IMG/VR virus record: IMGVR_UViG_3300012952_000002
Location: 1 to 56,771 of that record
Direction: 5' to 3' (one strand)
Length of the DNA: 56,771 nt
Source: a virus
Lineage: Duplodnaviria; Caudoviricetes
Positions 10,308 through 21,388 of the stretch are shown here, piece by piece; the first letter of the stretch is position 1; each line of letters begins with the position of its first letter. The notes under the pieces were generated by a model. The model ran no database searches and was not told the DNA's origin. It saw only the letters and a program-made list of their open reading frames with translations. A program made the translations under genes and the position numbers.

Positions 10308-10739
10308 TTACGAGACAGTAATTACCCAAGTAATTGTCATCGAGTCGTTACTAGATTTATTAATAGTTGTATACACAGTTCTACATAGCATTGTGCCACT
10401 AGAAGAAGCATTAAATATACCTGCTTCTACCAAAGCACCTGTACCCGTGCCAGCACCAAAAGTAGCTACATAAGTTACTGTGCCAGCCCCTGTATTAACA
10501 GTAGTGCTGGTCAAAGCAACTCTAGCTGCTTCTGCACTTAACGCAGTTTGACCTGCTGCAGCTGCTGTGTTGTTTGTGCCTACCGCCATGTGGCTCATGG
10601 CCGTTGCAGTCGTATCTTTCATACGGGAAGCAACGTAGCCTTTACCAGCTGTAACCACTAGGTTATCAACCTCTTGGACGATTTCATCATTCAAACGAAT
10701 AATTAATCGGCCTTTCATATTTAAATCATCTGAAATCAT
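10308..10739 (-). CDS. Structural protein (tail-associated)
   Basis: NLVV..G...A...GT...AL..E...EAGIFNA...G.M...ITW pattern. Confidence 0.6.
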   Translation of the reverse strand: MISDDLNMKGRLIIRLNDEIVQEVDNLVVTAGKGYVASRMKDTTATAMSHMAVGTNNTAAAAGQTALSAEAARVALTSTTVNTGAGTVTYVATFGAGTGTGALVEAGIFNASSSGTMLCRTVYTTINKSSNDSMTITWVITVS

Positions 10740-10748
10740 TGTTTGCTC

Positions 10749-11390
10749 CTAGCCATTAAACGTTGCCGTATTCATGGTTGAGTTGTTTAAAAGTGAAAGA
10801 GTACCACTTACATAATTAATTGACAGTGCTTCTGCTATAGAAACGCTATCAGCTAACGAATTTTGCCCGTAACTAAAAGATATTTGTTCCGATATATTAG
10901 CTGAATCAGCCAGTGCTTTACCAACGGAAGTTGTTAAAACGTCACTAATTCCCACTACATTCTGTTTAAGTATTGACTGAATCGTTTGGCTATCAAACAC
11001 TTCATCTACTGTAAACGCATCAGAAAGCGGTAACCCTATAGTTAACAACGGTGAAATACTGTCGCCCATGCTGACAGAATCACTAAATGTTCTAAGGATA
11101 TTCAGTAATGGACTAAAAGAATCGCCCATGCTTACTGAATCAGCTAACGCTTTGCCTACGTTAATAGCAGGAACATCAGCCATACCTATACTATCTGCGA
11201 CTGCTTTACTGTACGCAAATACAGGTGCATCGCTAAAACCAAATGAGTCAGCAAAATACTGGTTTAAAGAATCTGGATCAAGCCGAACATCAACCATCTG
11301 TATGTTTTGATAGGCCAATAGTCCCTGTGGCTGAGCATACGTAATCTCTGCCTGAATGTTTTGGAAGGTAATTGTTACCTTACTGCTCAA
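10749..11390 (-). CDS. Structural protein with (L/V)ADSxS(M/I)xD repeats
   Basis: Repeated KALADSV motifs. Confidence 0.6.
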   Translation of the reverse strand: MSSKVTITFQNIQAEITYAQPQGLLAYQNIQMVDVRLDPDSLNQYFADSFGFSDAPVFAYSKAVADSIGMADVPAINVGKALADSVSMGDSFSPLLNILRTFSDSVSMGDSISPLLTIGLPLSDAFTVDEVFDSQTIQSILKQNVVGISDVLTTSVGKALADSANISEQISFSYGQNSLADSVSIAEALSINYVSGTLSLLNNSTMNTATFNG

Positions 11391-11761
11391 TCGAAATCAC
11401 TCCTAACCTTTAACTTAACCAGATCATACACAGTATGTATGCCACCATTTGAAAAGGTAATCTCTATCTCGCCTTCAAAAGTGCCTTCTTTTGTCAATGT
11501 GCCAGCAGGAAAGTTAGTGGTTACTTGCCCCCCAGACGCATTGGTTACTGTGCATGTCAAAGTAGATAACACCGTAGTCGTACCCACTTCTCTAATTCGT
11601 AACCTAACTGTTGCTCCAGACAACGCAATTGCTGCCCAAGTATCACTGTCACTAGAATCTAATGTTTGCCCCGTTGCTGCTGTAGTAGAGTCTTTCAGGG
11701 TAAACGTCAACTCAGGTAACGTATCACCCGTGACTAAATTTAATGTGCTTGAATATGCCAT
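11387..11761 (-). CDS. Ig-like/BppU-N-like structural protein
   Basis: GDTLP.L.FTL.D...LSGATVRL...G.FEGEIEITF..G...TV. Confidence 0.6.
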   Translation of the reverse strand: MAYSSTLNLVTGDTLPELTFTLKDSTTAATGQTLDSSDSDTWAAIALSGATVRLRIREVGTTTVLSTLTCTVTNASGGQVTTNFPAGTLTKEGTFEGEIEITFSNGGIHTVYDLVKLKVRSDFD

Positions 11762-11779
11762 GTTCTATTCCTGTATACC

Positions 11780-14700
11780 CTAAAGTTGGTTGCGAATGGG
11801 TATTAATCTTTGTTCAAAAGTTTTCCCTATGTCAAACCCATTCCTAAAAATAGTCTCAATTGTTTCTGCTGTTGGCCCAAGTGCAGGAGTTAATGGAAAT
11901 CTACCCCAATCACTAGCCTGTTGCATCATTATAAGCAAAGTAAAAGGTCCATAAACCCCCGATCTGTCTACAATCTCTGACATATAATCAGGCCAATCCA
12001 TTCGATCCGACCTAAAATATTTAGCAGAAGGTTCAACTCCTGGTAATAACCAAGCTAATCCATTCTTAGCGTATTCGCGTAATTCAAGACCAAGCATAGT
12101 CAAAGGGAATAAAGCCAAAGCTGCAAGCCCTAATAAAGCAGCAGTATCTGTTATTCCGTCAACAATGCTCTCTCCTTCTTGTAAACGTGTTCTTGCTTCA
12201 CGTAATGTTCCTCCACCGATTACTTTGCCGAAAGACCAGAAGAAAGACTTCAACTGCCAGATAACAGCATACCGTGGGTCAGATGCCCAAAGAGGACGCT
12301 CTGCTGAATTAGGTCTGAGTATAGAACTTTCTACAAAACGAGTTAAACCTGCTTGTATCTTTTTCCCTGTAGGTGTAGTCATGTCTCGACCACTCCTAGA
12401 CCATGCTAAAACATCTGCTGCATTTAGGTTTAATTCATCTAAGTAACGGGCTGATCTTTCATTCGTAGAAGCTGGATCTGCGTGGCGAATTATAAAATTT
12501 ATACCCATTTGAGAAGCAAAAATACGAGTAAAATGAGTAAAGAAATTTAACCCTGTATATTTAAAAAAGAGATCAGAAGATTTTCTTGCTTTAGGAGTCA
12601 TAAACTGACGTTCTGATTCGGTTAAAAAAACAGTTGCTATTGTTTCTGGTCCTATAACATTTAGATCCCTAGCAAATAACTCTGCTTCTTTGTAATCTTT
12701 AATGCTATCTCTTATAGCTTTAAAGCCATCCGTAAGACTAGCAAACTCTTTAGAAGCAATAAATGGTCCAGCTAACTCGGTTAAACTAGCCAATGTAACA
12801 AAAGGTAAAATAGTATAGAACTGAACGACTTGCGCCCATGAATTAACTTCTCGCCAGAAAGGACTTAACGGAGCTTTCTGAAATCCTAAATAAGTTTCAA
12901 TAATCTGCCGTGCTTTTTGCCGTTGATCAGGAGGCAGTTTCTCCATAGCAGGTCCTAAAATATCCCTGCCTTTACTGTCTTTTGTATGACGATTCCACTC
13001 TACTCGTTTAGTTATACCATTTATATATTCAGCTAAAGATTCTTCTGGCTGACGTATAAAACCTTTTTCAAGTAATATAATGGGATCAATATCACTGGTT
13101 AGTCTTCTAGCTTTTTCTCTACCCTTTTGAGGATCAGGACTCCAAATAGACTCTCCTAATAACTCTAAGTTAGAATCGCCTTCTTCAATCAAATTGATTA
13201 CAGTTTGTGTAACCCTTGCCCTAGCAACGTCATCATTTAACTGATTACTCTCAGTAAGAATTGTTTCAATAAAAGCATCTTTAAACTGTGCAATAGCTTC
13301 TAGGTCTAATATGATTGGGGTAAAGTTTTTTCGCTTTCCAATTTTAGAATTAGTTCCTTGTATATAAGTTTCATATACTTTGTCATAAAAGTTCCGAACT
13401 TCTACAGCAAGTGGTATGTCAGGGTTTAATTGTTCTGTTGGAACATTTCGATGCGCTTCCCGAATAGCTTCAATTGTTTCTGGTTTAGATGGGTCGCCTA
13501 CCATTTTTAAAAATAAATTTTCTAACTTTTGCCGCGCCCTTCCCACAGAGGGTACAAATCCTAAAGCAGAAGCTACATCTGGATCTCTAGCAGAACGTGG
13601 TTGTTGCGCTCTTACATAAAATATATCCGCTATAAAAGGAGTAGCTACTTTACGTAAATAACTGTCTGCGCTAAACAAAATTTCATATGCAGCTTTAGCT
13701 GGCTTCCCGTTAATTATTCTTCTAACTACTTGGGTTATCTTATTAACAGCCGCCCGTAACTCAGGACCACCATCACGAATTACTTTATCAGTTACATCAT
13801 TAATTATATTTTGTGACGCTTCATTATCAGGTCTAACATCTTCACTTTTCCGCTTGCTTGCTAATACATCATCCAAGAAAGACTGAAATGTTTCATTCAT
13901 AGGCGTATCAAGTCTTTCTCTAAACGCTCTATTAGCACTGCGCCAATATTGTTTCATCTTGCTTACAAAATCTTTAAACGCTTTATCAATAATATTCTTT
14001 GGTTTTTTACTTAAAAAACTTTCTGATGCACGTTTAGCAAACTCATCAGAGAAAAATTCGTTAAAAGCAACCGAGGCATTATTTCTTGCTGCATCCATGT
14101 ACTGTTTATATTTAGCAGACTTTTCAAAAGCTTTCTGTAATCGTTCTCTAATCTCTCGTTTTGTTAGCATTGAATCTTTTAATTGCCTAAACAAAACGTG
14201 GCCGATTTCGTGGGCAGCAGTTTTACCTTGAACTAAAGGATTTAAATTAGAGTCTACAAAAATAATTGAACGGCCTTTACTACTGTGACTTGGTATGTGT
14301 AGGCCATATACGTCTGGTTGAGCAATAAACTGTCTGGCTTGATCAGCATCTTTTTTAGAAAGATATTTTTCTAGTAGCCCTGCTGCATCTAAACTAGCAA
14401 TTAAATCGCTTGATAGAATAATAGGTGGGATGTTTAACTTTGCTAATTTCAAAGCAGAGTTAATAAAAGAAACAACTATAGGATCAGAAATACCGTAGTT
14501 CTTAGGCAATACAAGTTGTCCGTCCTGTACTTCTAACCCTGCTGCAACCCCTTCTTCAAAAACTGCTTGCCCCGTAGTGTCTTGCACATCAGTGTAATCG
14601 AAATAATTATTCGTACTTTGTTTTTCTTTTTGTAATTCAGCTGACTCTTGTTTATTTAAACCTTCTTCCTTTGCTTTAGTTTCAAGTTCAACTTTTCTGT

Positions 14701-17700
14701 TTTGTTTCTCAAGTGCTTCTTGTTTTAATTTATCCCTAGTTATTTTTTCTTCCCTCTGCCTACCAAGGGCTTGATCTCTTAGCGTATCAAAAACTACTAA
14801 AGAAGGTCTTTGTGGTTCAGGCGTAGCAGTAGTTTCAGGCGTAGCAGTAGTTTCAGGCGTAGCAGTAGTTTCAGGCGTAGCAGTAGTTTCAGGCGTAGCA
14901 GTAGTTTCATTTTGAAAATCTTCTCCAATAAACTCAAGCTGACTATCATCTCTCTGAGGTGTATCTCTCTGAGGTGTATCTCTCTGAGGTATGCTTAAAT
15001 CGCCAGTTCTTCTATCATCTGTTAAGGAAGGGGGAGTACCAAACCCAACTCCTTGCCCCAAAGGTAACTGTAGCTGTGTTGCTTGATTTAGCTCAGTATC
15101 TGTAATAATTGTAGTCGCTTCTGGAACAGTATACTGAGCTATAGAACCGTCCCCTCTAATTAAAGTAATTGAATCTGGTTCTTCTATGTTTGACCTAGTT
15201 AAAGGCCGCTTATCAGTTACTGCTAATGTACCGTATATAGCGTTACCTTCTTCATCAAACATAGGGTCGTATAAGGGGTTATAGGGGATTGGATTACCAT
15301 CCTTATCCGTAATAAGAATACGTTCTCCGTTTTTGCCTTTTCTATGCTTAAATCCGACAAAACCAGTAATAACATTATCTTCAACAATTGCTGGAATATA
15401 CTTAAGTGATGTTCTAGTTTTAGGTCTATTATCTATTGTTAATCTTTTAGTAGGAGCAACTTGGTCAACGTTTTTAGCTCCTACAGATTCTAGTGTTTCT
15501 TTCTCATTAATTTTTGACACGTAATCTACTGGTACATAAACCATTCTCTCACCCGTGCGTACACCAGCTGCGGCAAGCGCATACGGAGTTGGTTTGTATC
15601 TTTGATCTTCAGGAATTTGATCTAGCCTTAGTAGCCCTGTAGCAACTCTTGCATCGACTCTTATTTCATTAGGATCTAATTTATTTTCGCCTTCTACTGA
15701 AATAACCTGATCAAATTCAGTCAAAGAAGAAACTTCTTCAGGCTTCATTGAGTCTGGATCAAAAAATTCAAACGTGCCTTTTTCTAGTCTTTCTTTTATC
15801 TCAGGAGTTAAGAGAGGTCTTCCCTCTTTATCTTTGATTACCTGTCCAGCTTTATCTCTTTGAAAAAGACTATTAACCTCATCCGAAAATAAATCTCTCA
15901 AGGTTATAGCTTTATTGACTCCCCCTACATCTACTACAGCAGCTATTACTTTACTTGTAATAAAACCTATATCGTCTAAATCATTTATATTTTCAAACGT
16001 ATTATCTAAAGTACCTTGCCGAATTGATACTTCATAACCATTTTCTACAAGAGTGCCTAAAGCTTCTAATAAAGATTCTCTTCTTAACACCCTGTCAGAT
16101 ACTGCCGTGCCATAATAAATCTTGCTTTCGGCCTCTAAAATTCTGGCTCCCATGTTAAGAATGTCTACAAGATTTACTTCGCGTTCTCTACCTCTACCTT
16201 CAGGGGGTTTAATCCTAACGCCTGACGCTGGTGCAAATTGACTATTCGCTGCTTTGTTTACAGATCGTTCTAAAAACTCCGGTAAAGGAAACCTAGCTTC
16301 ATCTACTATTGAGCCATCGGGTAATTCAATACGGTTAAAAGAATCTTGTAAAACATAGGTAGTAGCAGACTCAGGAAAAGTACGAAAAACTTCATACCGC
16401 CCTTCCTGATTCTTTCTAATTTGAATAGTAGAATCTCTATATTGTCGTTTAGCTCTTACAGCCTCTCTTAATAGCTGCTCACTATAGAAACGAGCCTCTG
16501 AGTTTTGAAAGTCCGTTTCAGGAAACTCTAATTTATACTCCTCCCTCTGTTTCTTTTCTTTCGGAAAGACTCTTTGGTTAGCTGGTTTAGGTGGGTATGT
16601 AGACGTACCAACCTTTTCTTCTACTAGCTGTACATCAGAATCTGTTGCTTGTGTAGTATCAGCTAAAGTAGATTCGTCTAGTACATCTGTTACAACCCCA
16701 CGCTGATCTAAAGTAGCAGTGCTACGTCTTTGTGGTTCTGCATCTGCAAATGCTTGTTGAAGCTCTGGGTCCAAATCATAGACACGTTCAAGCTCAACTC
16801 GGATTTGTCTTAATCGGCTACTAGCAGCAGTATCATTAGTTTCTGGATCAATGACAGGGTTTTCTAATGCCCGTATCCTAGCGTCTTCTGCCTTTAACTC
16901 TGCTATAGTTTGAATTACCTGTCTTCTTAACTCAACTGTTTGACTAGGAGTAAAAGGTGCTGGCTCACCCAAAATTTGTCCAGACTTTGCGCGAACTTCA
17001 GCTTTAGGGGTAGTTCCTCTTACCCTCATTTCTTGAGGTTCAGATTCAAACTTCCGCTTCCTATCTTCTAACGCTTTTTCTACAGTAAGTACGTTTACCG
17101 TACCACCGTTAGGTTTTAACCGTTCAGCTGCTACCTGTGCGTTAGGGATATTCGCATCAGTAGTAACTTCTTCTGATACGACGTTATCATCTTTATCAAG
17201 AACTTGAACCACAGCATCTTGCGGTTCTAACGCATCTTTAACAGCACTATATCCAAGAGCTTCTTTTAAAGAATTTTCACTCGCCCCATCTCTTACTACT
17301 GCTTCAACAAGATTCTTATTGCGACTAACAATAGTTCCACGATTAGGAATAAATGCAGCAAACGCTTCAAACCCATTAACAACTACAGTCTGTATTTGTC
17401 CATTTCTAGTTGCGCCTTGTGTGGGGGTATTACCTGCAACCCATACTGCTTGTTTCTGACTACCGCCCTTAGAGTCATCAGTCATGGCGTTTAACTGTGC
17501 CTGTATATCAGCAGCAGACTCAGGAGAAGTAAACCCTGAATCAGCATCACCAAACTGTTCTCTGTTAATTACCCTAGAAACAATAGCCTCACGGCCTTGA
17601 TCTATGTATTCTCTAGCCTTTGCAAGTATTTCCCCTACTTTTGTTTTAGCTGCCTGTCTATTTTCTTCGCCAAACATCTGCCCAGTATTTTCTCTGGCGG

Positions 17701-18781
17701 CATCTATTAAAGTATCTCTTCTGTTTCTAGCTGTTTCTCCTAAGTTACGAAAGTCACCCTGTTCTCTTGCTATGTTAATCTGTGAAACACCACTGGCTAC
17801 CGTTCCACCTGCTCCACCTAACGCACCACCACCAAAGAAACCCATGAAGGCAGCTTCTGCAAGACGCAACTGAGCATCTTGAGTATCAAACTCATCATCC
17901 ATTTCCATGCGATTAGCAACGGCTATACCTTCTTGGACTACTTCTGTACCGCCTTGAACCGTAGCAGACCGTAAAGTTGACTTACCAATATCAGAAGCAA
18001 AACGACCAAGGTACGTTCCAGGTCCCGTAGAACGTTTAGCTGCAACGTTCATTAACGCTTTTGCCATAACAGCTTCACCACCTACGCCAATAACAGCTTG
18101 CGGTAAAGCAACAGCCCCTGCCCTGAAAGCTGTACCTCTATCTAACTCTTCTCCTGACTCTAGTGCTTCAGAAAGATTACTACCGGAAAGAGGAACATAC
18201 TCAGAAACACCTGCACCAGTTAAGGCCCCTCTAGTAATTGCTTTTCTTCTAAGTTCCCTTTGCTGCCCAACAAACATACGGTAAGCATTAGCGGCTAAAA
18301 CGGACTCATCTAAACTCGCCTTACCCGTTAGCGCCTTTTCAGTTGCATCTCGTATTAATCGTTTAGCTACAGCACGAGAACCTGTAGACATTATGCCTTG
18401 CCCTACAGCAGCTGCTGCCCCACCTACTCCTGCAGATACAATAGAGCTAATAGCATAAGGAGCCAGTTGACCTGTTCCTTTTGCTACCTGAGAAAAAAAT
18501 CCTTGGATAGTTGGTTCATCTAAGAAGCGCCCAAATGATTCAACGCCCTGCAAAGGCACAGCTGCAAACTCTTCTTCGTACCTAGCACTTTCTATGTTTC
18601 TGGCAGCAGCTTCATCATCACCAATAAGGGTCTGACCTAACGCCTGAAAGTAATCTATGTCTGCTTTAGTTTGTTGTACAGTGCCTCTAAACCCCCGTTT
18701 AAAAGTATCAACCAACCCTCTAGGTTTGTCTTCTACTTGAGGAATGTCACCTGAAAGTAAACGGGTAAAATATTCACTCAT
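11780..18781 (-). CDS. Giant internal virion/ejection (polyvalent-type) protein
   Basis: 2333 aa; Gly/Ala-rich hydrophobic N-terminal third, HEIGH zincin-like motif, helical C-terminus; last of a run of internal-protein genes. Confidence 0.7.
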   Translation of the reverse strand: MSEYFTRLLSGDIPQVEDKPRGLVDTFKRGFRGTVQQTKADIDYFQALGQTLIGDDEAAARNIESARYEEEFAAVPLQGVESFGRFLDEPTIQGFFSQVAKGTGQLAPYAISSIVSAGVGGAAAAVGQGIMSTGSRAVAKRLIRDATEKALTGKASLDESVLAANAYRMFVGQQRELRRKAITRGALTGAGVSEYVPLSGSNLSEALESGEELDRGTAFRAGAVALPQAVIGVGGEAVMAKALMNVAAKRSTGPGTYLGRFASDIGKSTLRSATVQGGTEVVQEGIAVANRMEMDDEFDTQDAQLRLAEAAFMGFFGGGALGGAGGTVASGVSQINIAREQGDFRNLGETARNRRDTLIDAARENTGQMFGEENRQAAKTKVGEILAKAREYIDQGREAIVSRVINREQFGDADSGFTSPESAADIQAQLNAMTDDSKGGSQKQAVWVAGNTPTQGATRNGQIQTVVVNGFEAFAAFIPNRGTIVSRNKNLVEAVVRDGASENSLKEALGYSAVKDALEPQDAVVQVLDKDDNVVSEEVTTDANIPNAQVAAERLKPNGGTVNVLTVEKALEDRKRKFESEPQEMRVRGTTPKAEVRAKSGQILGEPAPFTPSQTVELRRQVIQTIAELKAEDARIRALENPVIDPETNDTAASSRLRQIRVELERVYDLDPELQQAFADAEPQRRSTATLDQRGVVTDVLDESTLADTTQATDSDVQLVEEKVGTSTYPPKPANQRVFPKEKKQREEYKLEFPETDFQNSEARFYSEQLLREAVRAKRQYRDSTIQIRKNQEGRYEVFRTFPESATTYVLQDSFNRIELPDGSIVDEARFPLPEFLERSVNKAANSQFAPASGVRIKPPEGRGREREVNLVDILNMGARILEAESKIYYGTAVSDRVLRRESLLEALGTLVENGYEVSIRQGTLDNTFENINDLDDIGFITSKVIAAVVDVGGVNKAITLRDLFSDEVNSLFQRDKAGQVIKDKEGRPLLTPEIKERLEKGTFEFFDPDSMKPEEVSSLTEFDQVISVEGENKLDPNEIRVDARVATGLLRLDQIPEDQRYKPTPYALAAAGVRTGERMVYVPVDYVSKINEKETLESVGAKNVDQVAPTKRLTIDNRPKTRTSLKYIPAIVEDNVITGFVGFKHRKGKNGERILITDKDGNPIPYNPLYDPMFDEEGNAIYGTLAVTDKRPLTRSNIEEPDSITLIRGDGSIAQYTVPEATTIITDTELNQATQLQLPLGQGVGFGTPPSLTDDRRTGDLSIPQRDTPQRDTPQRDDSQLEFIGEDFQNETTATPETTATPETTATPETTATPETTATPEPQRPSLVVFDTLRDQALGRQREEKITRDKLKQEALEKQNRKVELETKAKEEGLNKQESAELQKEKQSTNNYFDYTDVQDTTGQAVFEEGVAAGLEVQDGQLVLPKNYGISDPIVVSFINSALKLAKLNIPPIILSSDLIASLDAAGLLEKYLSKKDADQARQFIAQPDVYGLHIPSHSSKGRSIIFVDSNLNPLVQGKTAAHEIGHVLFRQLKDSMLTKREIRERLQKAFEKSAKYKQYMDAARNNASVAFNEFFSDEFAKRASESFLSKKPKNIIDKAFKDFVSKMKQYWRSANRAFRERLDTPMNETFQSFLDDVLASKRKSEDVRPDNEASQNIINDVTDKVIRDGGPELRAAVNKITQVVRRIINGKPAKAAYEILFSADSYLRKVATPFIADIFYVRAQQPRSARDPDVASALGFVPSVGRARQKLENLFLKMVGDPSKPETIEAIREAHRNVPTEQLNPDIPLAVEVRNFYDKVYETYIQGTNSKIGKRKNFTPIILDLEAIAQFKDAFIETILTESNQLNDDVARARVTQTVINLIEEGDSNLELLGESIWSPDPQKGREKARRLTSDIDPIILLEKGFIRQPEESLAEYINGITKRVEWNRHTKDSKGRDILGPAMEKLPPDQRQKARQIIETYLGFQKAPLSPFWREVNSWAQVVQFYTILPFVTLASLTELAGPFIASKEFASLTDGFKAIRDSIKDYKEAELFARDLNVIGPETIATVFLTESERQFMTPKARKSSDLFFKYTGLNFFTHFTRIFASQMGINFIIRHADPASTNERSARYLDELNLNAADVLAWSRSGRDMTTPTGKKIQAGLTRFVESSILRPNSAERPLWASDPRYAVIWQLKSFFWSFGKVIGGGTLREARTRLQEGESIVDGITDTAALLGLAALALFPLTMLGLELREYAKNGLAWLLPGVEPSAKYFRSDRMDWPDYMSEIVDRSGVYGPFTLLIMMQQASDWGRFPLTPALGPTAETIETIFRNGFDIGKTFEQRLIPIRNQL
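14816..14909. repeat. Perfect 18-bp tandem repeat x5 (encodes ETTATP)
   Basis: TTCAGGCGTAGCAGTAGT x5 plus TTCA. Confidence 0.95.
14948..14990. repeat. 15-bp tandem repeat x~3 (encodes TPQRD)
   Basis: ATCTCTCTGAGGTGT x2 plus a 13-bp partial copy. Confidence 0.9.
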
Positions 18782-21378
18782 CTGTTTGCTTGTCTTTCAA
18801 GAATATCAGCTTGCCCAGCATTTATATCTGCTCTAACCAATAAAGCATTTGCTAAGCTTGTGCTTACTGCTCTAACGTCTTCAAGCTTAATATCGCCACC
18901 TTGTATTTCGTTATCAGTCCCAATAAAGTTAAAAGTATTTTCCCCTTTATTAAACCTTATAGCATTCCCATCAAAATCATCTAAACGGAGTTCAACACCC
19001 CTAGAAAAAAGACTTCCCTTTTGATCGGCTAATACACCAAGAATAACTGACAGTGCTTCATTGTTAGCGTCTTCTATAACTTGTACTGCTTGTACATTGG
19101 TAAAATACAATGAACCATCAGGCAAGGTGCTTGTATAACGTCTTAACCTATTCCGTGTATTACGAAAAAAATCTGCTATGTCTTTTGTAGCCCCGTCTAG
19201 TTTTTTGTTACTTTTTATTTGTTTACGGTTCTCGATTAAAAAGGTATCGAGTTTCCCTCTTAATTCACCTACAAACTCACGCTCCTCGTCTACAAACTTT
19301 CGTTTTGCTTCAATAAGTTCTTGCGTTTTCTGTGCATTGCCAAGAACTTGGCCTTCAGCTTCTAGCTTTCGTTTTTGTTCATCCCCCTCGTACTCTGTAC
19401 GTTTTTGTGCTATCTCTTCTAGCCTTGCTAAAGAATTATTTACTTCAGCTACCTTTCCTATAATTGGACTAATTTGCCCAATTATACTAACTCTTTCGTC
19501 ACTTAACTCTTTACTACTAAGATTTGGGTCGCCTGTCTGTAAAAGATTATCAAGAGTTTCTTGTAACGCTAGTTTATCTTCAGGTCTAGCTTCAGCAACT
19601 AAGATAGAACGCAACAAAACTTGCTCAACGGTTGGAATGCTTTTAGCTTTGTCTAGGCTACCCTTCACATCTAAACCTTCAAGCACTCTTTGCAAAGCAT
19701 CTTTTTGTGGCGCAGAAGGGACAAAGCCTTCTGCTATCCGTTGTTCTGCTTGTTTTGTTAGTGTTTCATATAAATCTTGATCTTTTTGTTGGATCTGTTC
19801 TGATACATTTTCTAAACCTAACAAGTCTTCTTTAAGTTGTTTGTAAGCATCAGATTCCATTTCTTCTGTACGAACACCTGCTTTAAGTAACTCGTCTTCT
19901 TTTCCACGCAAACCACTTAAACGTTCCTCTAAATCAGTAGTATTTCCAGTAGCATCTTGAGCAATACTTTGTTCCGTATTTTTAATTTGCTCCTTAATAT
20001 CTAACAGGTTATCGCCATTTGTTTTGTAAACAAGCGTATTTCTTTCTATCTGTTTTTCTGTTAATTCTGCAGATTTATTTGGATTTGCTCTTAACTTTTC
20101 TATTTCATTGTCAAGACGGTCAACTTTTACTTTTGCTTGCCTTATTGATTTTTGTACAGGAGTAGAACTTTTATCTGGATCAATAAACGGAGCAAAACCA
20201 AAACCCGTTGGATTTGCTGCTGACTGCATTCCTATTTGTAAAGCTGGATCTGTAGCATTACCAAGTATTGAAGCAGGTTGATTACCCCCAACTTCTACAA
20301 TATTTTTAGGAGCCTCTGTTGTTAAGATACTAGGAACATCCAAGCCAAGGTCTACCGCTAAATCAAGCATTAACTCATCGCGTTCTTCATCCGTTAATTT
20401 AGGGTCAGATATGTAAGATAAAAATTCCCTTCTAAAAGCAGGGTTGCCAGCTTCGGCTTCAGCCGTAGTTAAAGTATCTATTTGCCCCACTACGTTATTC
20501 CTAGCTACTTCGTCTGCCATCTCTTCTGAAGTAACTTTTCCTTTTCTATCCGTTAAAACACTATTTGCTGTCCTAACATTAGCTCCAAAAGATGCACCTA
20601 CATTCGTATCAAGAACCCTAGACCGCCAATTTAAGTTAATCATTTCAACTAATTGAGGGTAAGTAAACTGCACAAGGTTACTTTCTCCAGATGTACTCCC
20701 ATCCACAGTTAAAGGCGCACGAGTCCCATCAGAATAAGTGCCAACCACAGAATAGAGTTGTTCACCTTCTTTAGCAGGTATCACCCCTGAAAATGTATCT
20801 GGACGTAGATCAGTTGAGGTTACTGTTATTTCACCTAATGGTGTATTAGCCCCATCCCCTTTAAATGTTGTTTCCTCGGACCTTGTTGGACCAAGTACAC
20901 CAGCAGGTAAAATTTCACTAGGAGTAAACCCTAAATCTTGTAGCTCTTTGGCTATACCAGCATTCTGTATTGTTCCTAATGCTAGTCCATCAACTTCTGG
21001 GTGACGGCCTTCAAGCCCTTTAAGAAGAGCTTCTTTGTTTAAACGGCCCGTACTTTGATCAATAAGTGGTATACCATTAACATCAACTCCAATAAATTTT
21101 TTAATCAATTTACTAGCTTCTGTGTTTCTAAATCCCATTTCAGCAACTTTTTGATTATTCTCTTGTACTTGTTGATTAATTTTAAGTTGATCTTCATCTA
21201 TTTGATTTCGTGCCTCATAAACACCTAACCTGCGGCTTTCAAAGTCGCGGTTTTTTTGTGCTTCTTCCCTACGAAAATCTAGCTCTTCCTGCCTAAACTC
21301 CATTAATTGCTCTTGTTGATCAGCACGTAACATCATGCCGATCATGCTTGTTAATCCTCCATACGGATTGGTTGCCAT
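18778..21378 (-). CDS. Putative internal virion/ejection protein
   Basis: 866 aa, coiled-coil rich, position in the ejection cluster. Confidence 0.6.
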   Translation of the reverse strand: MATNPYGGLTSMIGMMLRADQQEQLMEFRQEELDFRREEAQKNRDFESRRLGVYEARNQIDEDQLKINQQVQENNQKVAEMGFRNTEASKLIKKFIGVDVNGIPLIDQSTGRLNKEALLKGLEGRHPEVDGLALGTIQNAGIAKELQDLGFTPSEILPAGVLGPTRSEETTFKGDGANTPLGEITVTSTDLRPDTFSGVIPAKEGEQLYSVVGTYSDGTRAPLTVDGSTSGESNLVQFTYPQLVEMINLNWRSRVLDTNVGASFGANVRTANSVLTDRKGKVTSEEMADEVARNNVVGQIDTLTTAEAEAGNPAFRREFLSYISDPKLTDEERDELMLDLAVDLGLDVPSILTTEAPKNIVEVGGNQPASILGNATDPALQIGMQSAANPTGFGFAPFIDPDKSSTPVQKSIRQAKVKVDRLDNEIEKLRANPNKSAELTEKQIERNTLVYKTNGDNLLDIKEQIKNTEQSIAQDATGNTTDLEERLSGLRGKEDELLKAGVRTEEMESDAYKQLKEDLLGLENVSEQIQQKDQDLYETLTKQAEQRIAEGFVPSAPQKDALQRVLEGLDVKGSLDKAKSIPTVEQVLLRSILVAEARPEDKLALQETLDNLLQTGDPNLSSKELSDERVSIIGQISPIIGKVAEVNNSLARLEEIAQKRTEYEGDEQKRKLEAEGQVLGNAQKTQELIEAKRKFVDEEREFVGELRGKLDTFLIENRKQIKSNKKLDGATKDIADFFRNTRNRLRRYTSTLPDGSLYFTNVQAVQVIEDANNEALSVILGVLADQKGSLFSRGVELRLDDFDGNAIRFNKGENTFNFIGTDNEIQGGDIKLEDVRAVSTSLANALLVRADINAGQADILERQANR

Positions 21379-21388
21379 AATTTTAGTC

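Noticed and set aside
14810-14998. Plus-strand ORF with RRSSSF repeats, or a CRISPR-like array
   Set aside because: Opposite-strand shadow of the in-frame ETTATP repeat; the units have no spacers
18960-18985. DDFDGN in the 866-aa protein as an RNA polymerase DFDGD motif
   Set aside because: Last Asp is missing, it lies near the C-terminus, and no other polymerase motifs are visible; a virion RNAP cannot be claimed without a profile search
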